This document shows positions 34,569 through 39,804 of a DNA stretch of 39,804 nt, piece after piece. The notes under the pieces were generated by a model, which was not told where the DNA came from, ran no database searches, and saw only the letters and a program-made list of their open reading frames with translations. The DNA is taken from NCBI RefSeq assembly GCF_001194135.2, contig NC_069004.1, forward strand, positions 10,004,010 through 10,043,813, in the 5' to 3' direction. The DNA is from Octopus bimaculoides (Eukaryota). Each line of letters starts with the position of its first letter. The first letter of the stretch is position 1. The translations under genes were made by a program, and so were the position numbers.

Positions 34569-34818
34569 AATGTGCTAGAAATAGACCACATCTCGTGTCC
34601 ACTAAGACCTAAATTGTTCTCAAAACGAAATTCAGCGGAATACCAAAGCGTAAGTGGGTAAGACATTGAAAATTACCGAAATAAAGCATTATGATAAAGC
34701 ATTTATTTCGGTAATTTTCAATGTCTTGCCCGCTTACGCTTTGGTATTCTGCTGAATTTCGTTTTGAGAACAATTTAGGTCTTAGTAGACACGAGATGCG
34801 GTCTATTTCTAGCACATT
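34569..34818. repeat. 250-bp foldback element (117-bp arms, 16-nt loop)
   Basis: Arms 34569-34685 and 34702-34818 with 5 transition mismatches. Right flank reads TTAA; left flank lies in a gap. Confidence 0.92.
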
Positions 34819-34878
34819 AAATGTCCACCTTAGTGGTCAACGTTATATATAAAAATATATAGATAGATAGATAGATAG

Positions 34879-34933
<55 letters not shown>

Positions 34934-36003
34934 AATGCATATATATGAGCACAACGCACACAGAGTTAAAGAAAAAAAAATTTATGACAAACCTTTCTTC
35001 CAACCTAGAATCAGTTGGAGCTTTTGTTAATCTGAGTCTTTTATTAATATTCTGATGTGAAAATAGGAAACAAGCAAACAGGTTTTTTGGACCCATTGAT
35101 AACCCCGAAAACAACAAAAAAATTCTGTAAAAAAAGCATATGTTTATGTCAACATTTCAGTTCAAAAACAGCAATAGCAATAACAATTATAGAATTAGTG
35201 ATGGTGGTTTAATTAAATTCACTTGCAGTATTTAGTCACGTCTTATATGTTCTGTGTTCAAATCCCAGTGAGATCAACTTTGCCTTTCATCCTTTCAGAG
35301 TCAATAAAATAAGTATCAGTTATATACTGGGGTTCATTGAATCAACTCTACATATACATTTTCCCCACCAAATATTTGATTATTGTTTTTTTTTATTTAT
35401 TATTATTTTTTTTTTTTTTTTGTAATTAACACTTTCATAATGAATATAAATACATTAAATGATTTTAACTGAAATAACATATTTTAGTTAATCTTTTAAA
35501 CAAATTAAATTAGTTGGGGAGTGAAATTGTTGTGGCTTTTGTTTTTTAGTTTTTTTTCTTTATAAACTTTCTTTATTATTATTTTTAAATATTTTTTCTA
35601 TTTTTTTGTTTCTATTTTTCTTTTATTTTTCCTATTCTGTTTTTGTCATTTTTTCCAGTTCTTTNNNNNNNNNNNNNNNNNNNNNNNNNNNNNNNNNNNN
35701 NNNNNNNNNNNNNNNNNNNNNNNNNNNNNNNNNNNNNNNNNNNNNNNNNNNNNNNNNNNNNNNNNNNNNNNNNNNNNNNNNNNNNNNNNNNNNNNNNNNN
35801 NNNNNNNNNNNNNNNNNNNNNNNNNNNNNNNNNNNNNNNNNNNNNNNNNNNNNNNNNNNNNNNNNNNNNNNNNNNNNNNNNNNNNNNNNNNNNNNNNNNN
35901 NNNNNNNNNNNNNNNNNNNNNNNNNNNNNNNNNNNNNNNNNNNNNNNNNNNNNNNNNNNNNNNNNNNNNNNNNNNNNNNNNNNNNNNNNNNNNNNNNNNN
36001 NNN

Positions 36004-36056
<53 letters not shown>

Positions 36057-36755
36057 AGAGCATCTTTCTACTTTTGACATTCCCCCATTCAACAATCCAA
36101 CCTCTTATATATTTATTTAATTCACTCTAAATTAATATCAGCCTAAAATTAAGCATCTGATTACCATATTTTTGATGGCATAAAAGACACACAACATGAC
36201 CACAGACTGAGACTGAAACAAGTCAAAGGATATTTGATGCCCTCCAGATTCAGCTGCACATATTCAACAAAAATAAAGCTTTTAGTGCATTAAAACATGT
36301 AGCATAAACCTGACTTCACATAGGGGGCCCAAGGTGAATTTTTGAGATATTCTTTGTGAAGAAAATGTGTGTCTTGTATGCCAGCCAAATATGACAAATG
36401 TTTTTAATGTCGTTTTTCTTTTTTTATTACTGTCAGACAAATCATTATTCAGTATTAAGTTGGGAACCTCTAGGTCTGAGTTTCAAAACTTGACAAAATC
36501 AGTTTTGTCTTTCAATCTATTGAGTTGATTCAATCAACTGCAGTCCTCTCCCCAAATTTGTGACTCTTTGTGTCAAACACATTGACCTCTAATGTCTTGG
36601 GCCCTTGTGGCCAATGAAAGAAATCATTTGCCAAGGTCAGCGTAGCATTTTGTCCATTCAGAGCAATAAAATAAAGTCCCAGTGGAGTACTGAGTTTGGT
36701 GGTATTGACAAAATCCACCTTTAAAATTGCTGGCCTTGTGCCAAAAGTAGAAAGA

Positions 36756-36794
<39 letters not shown>

Positions 36795-36980
36795 TAATAT
36801 TATTTGATGAAAACTCTCAGCTTATTTTGCTGGGGTTTGATAGAAAGTGTCAGTTGTCCGCAGCCAGCAGACTAAGGTGACATTTGTTTACTGGTCATGC
36901 TTCAATAACCTTGCGAAGAATTCTTGTAGTTCCAAGCAATGCTGATTTTTGTAAGCGTCCTTACATTTGTACCAATCTTT
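36795..36980 (-). mobile_element. Second R4/Dong-like 3' end (different family)
   Basis: Minus-strand LQKSALLGTTRILRKVIEA* plus a short 3' UTR running into (TAA)n at about 36758-36795. Confidence 0.7.
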
Positions 36981-37114
36981 TTGAGTTCAAATTCTGCCAC
37001 AGTCAACCTTGCCTTTCAAGGTTGATAAATTAAGTGCCAATGAAACACTGGGTTCTATGTGATTGACTATCCCCCTCTCCCAAATTTCAAGCCTTGTGCC
37101 TATAATAGAAAGGC

Positions 37115-37145
<31 letters not shown>

Positions 37146-37359
37146 TATGAAGGCTGTGAGCTGACAGAATTGTTAGCATGTTGGATGAAATGCTTAGTGG
37201 TATTTTGCCCCTTTGCTATGTTCTGAGTTCAAATTCTGCCAAGGTCAACTTCGCCTTTCATCTTTTCAGAGTGATAAATTAAGTACCAGTGAAGCACTGG
37301 AGTCAATGTGATTGAGTTACCCTCTCCTCACAAGTTTCAGGCCTTGTGCCTATTATTTA

Positions 37360-37394
<35 letters not shown>

Positions 37395-37400
37395 GGGTAG
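36980..37400 (+). mobile_element. Two decayed family B SINEs with (ATT)n tails
   Basis: gagttcaaattctgcc B box, core and ccttgtgcct tail occur twice. Confidence 0.75.
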
Positions 37401-37581
37401 TAAAATGGTGTGTTGTCTAAAATATTTTCTGGTACTTAGTTACATTCCTTTTTTGTTCGTTGTGTATTCTAATCTCATCAAGATCCACCAAAGCTTTTTG
37501 TGCTCCCTATTCCAATAAAATAAAATAGTAATATTAGAATCAATTTATGACATTCTACACACATTTTAATAATGATAATTT

Positions 37582-37893
37582 TATTTTTTTATGCGCCCTT
37601 CTAAAGCCTAGCCAGGCTCATGGGCCTGGTTTCCCGGTTTCTATGGCGTATGTGTTCCCCCCAGCTGGACGGGACGCCAGTCCATCGCAGCTTTACTCAA
37701 GAAACAGAAAGAAAGAGTGAGAGAAAGTTGGGGCGAAAGGGTACAACAGGGGTCGCCACCACATTCTGCTAAAGCCTCGTGCAGCTTTAGGTGTTTTTGC
37801 TCAATAAGCACACACAACACCCGGTCTGGGAATCGAAATCGCAATCCTCCAACCACAAGTCCGCTGCCCTAACCACTGGGCTATTGCACCTCC
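37582..37893 (-). mobile_element. Family D-headed SINE with a different 3' module
   Basis: 5' ~190 bp matches 11952 onward, then gctgcgatggactggcgtcccgtccagctgggg...gaaaccggga and an A-rich tail. Confidence 0.8.
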
Positions 37894-38881
37894 ACAATAA
37901 TAATAATAACTAACTTTATTTTAAAAGTACATCTACTGTAGCTCCTATAATTACAAATCAGTTATTTGGTCTTAATCTGCTACCTACAGATTCCCCTCTT
38001 AGTTTTGTCTAGAGATTTTATGCTGCTACTTGAGAAAATTCCATCAATTTTTTTTTTTTTTTTTTCCATTTCTTAGAATATCTGCTGTTTAAACATTTTT
38101 CTTCACTAGTTCCTCCTTTTACTCTCTGCTGCATGAACTCTTTCTCCATTAGTTTCTCCTTTCACTTCCAATATATCTGCTGCCGTTTTCTAAACATATT
38201 CTAGCCATTATGTACTTTAGTTCCATTCCCATGTTATTTCTCTTCCTACCCCTCTAACCTATTAACCATCCCCTTTAAGTGGTAGAACTACTATAGTATT
38301 ACTGTCTAGTTATTCTTTTCAAAGTCTGTTGCTCAAAAAAATGGCTTGCTTCTGCTGCTGCTCAGTAACTTTCCTCTTATTTATCTTAATGTCTCTTGTT
38401 CACTCAGTGTTTTTCCTTGCTTTATCTTCCTCTCATTTCTTCTTTCTTTCAATCTTCCCTTCATTCTTCTTCTTCTTCCTCCCCTCTCATTTTTTTTAAT
38501 AAACAAACCCTCAATTTTCTCATTTTCCCATTTAAAATTACGATTGGAAATATTGTTTCTTTTCTTTAGCTGCTAATACATACTTACACACATATATACA
38601 TACACAAACACACACAGACAAACATATAGACCCACAGGCAGATATAAACACACATACACAATTCTATACATGTACGTCCATGCATACATACATACATACA
38701 TATATACATGCATGCATACAGATATACATACATGCATATGTACATACACACAAACTTTTCATGAAGTATTGTTTGATATATATATAAATGTTTAAAATAT
38801 TTATTTTTAAAGCTATAATAATGCAGGTGGTAAAATATTAATAACACAGATCAACAGTTAGCATTATCACCTAGTTTTACA

Positions 38882-39004
38882 ACCACTTCTTCAGGAAATT
38901 TACAGATGAAAGATGTCAATAGCTGATTTCTCTACTGAGTAGTGTCAGCTATCAACACCTTTTTTTCTGTTACAATTCCTGAAGAAGAGGTCACAACCTT
39001 GAAA
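38882..39004. repeat. Degenerate ~46-bp inverted repeat carrying CTGAAGA cores (Penelope-like)
   Basis: Arms 38882-38926 and 38945-38991, roughly 80% complementary. CTGAAGA...GAAA at 38979-39004. Confidence 0.5.
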
Positions 39005-39460
39005 TTTTGAAATACCAGGCGACAGCATCAACCATTGACCTGTATTAGTAATTGCATTGTTTTAACTTTAAAAAAAATAAATATTTAAAATATTTAAATA
39101 CACACACACAGAGAGATACATAAACACACTTTCATCTATGTATACATGTATAAGAAACACATACATGCAAGTGTACATACACAAATACACAGATGCACAT
39201 GTAAGTACACATATACACACATGGACACACAGATGCACATATACAGACCTATACACATACTAGCTAAAGTAGTATGAATTTCCTTAAGTTTAATGAGATT
39301 TAAAATTAAATTAACTCTATTATAATCTTAGTATAATGTATATTACTGAATTATTGTCTACTCTATAGAATACCCTCTTCTATATTGTATCATACTATTG
39401 GGTTCTATATTGTCGGTTATGGTCTATACAGAAGATCGTTTACACATAATTAGTTTTATC

Positions 39461-39804
39461 TATTTATTGGATCTTTTTTAAAACGGGGGCCACATTTTTC
39501 ATTAATGTTTTACGTAGTGCTTTTGGTACGGAAAGACTTTCAAACTTCGTATACTTATCTATTTTGTGTTATAGAACAGAAAAATATTTTTGTATTCGAA
39601 TTTATTTCATGTAAAAAATTGTCTTATTTCGATAATTTCAACCAATCACTGACGTCCATTCAGCCGATATACATTAAGTGCCGACTACATAAACAAACGA
39701 TTCTTCGTTTTATTTGCTTTTTTCATTTTAAATTTGCTTTAACCCTAACCCTAACCCTAACCCTAACCCTAACTCTAACCCTAGGGTTAGGGTTAGGGTT
39801 AGAG
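39461..39804. repeat. Interspersed repeat with a telomere-like palindrome, copy 2 (runs off the window end)
   Basis: Identical 72-bp block at 39633-39704, about 7 CCCTAA units, CCCTAGGG pivot at 39779-39786, then (TTAGGG)3. Confidence 0.75.

Noticed and set aside
868-36130. Long ORFs of 140-400 aa in the ORF track containing X runs
   Set aside because: They span N gaps (e.g. 999-1700, 2484-3010, 6504-7200, 16105-16900, 34130-34568, 35665-36003) and microsatellites, so they are not coding.

Overview
AT-rich, microsatellite- and gap-rich eukaryotic genomic DNA. The repeat families are ones I recognise from octopus (coleoid cephalopod) genomes, so that assignment rests on recall rather than a search. 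The one well-supported host gene is a + strand carboxypeptidase E-like M14B (N/E subfamily) metallocarboxypeptidase. It has 8 coding exons (9706-30272), all with GT-AG boundaries and compatible phases, which splice to about 413 aa. The Zn ligands (HGNE, LHGG), the NRNFP motif and the catalytic Glu (ITLEL) are intact. The 5' exon(s) with the signal peptide are not visible and lie upstream or in an N gap. The rest is intron or intergenic sequence packed with tRNA-derived SINEs of several families, decayed RTE and CR1 LINE pieces, two R4/Dong-like 3' ends sitting in SINE (ATT)n tails, hAT- and piggyBac-like MITEs, Penelope-type hammerhead motifs and a Helitron-like repeat remnant. Most interesting: a tRNA-headed element carrying a hammerhead-like motif (3037-3314); two long near-perfect hairpins downstream of the gene (33881-34051, 34569-34818); a repeat whose telomere-like palindromic module appears inverted between its two copies (658-998 vs 39461-39804); and a possible alternative C-terminus of the CPE protein. 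Most entries in the ORF track are artefacts of N runs, microsatellites or SINEs. Repeat boundaries are approximate unless TSDs are given.
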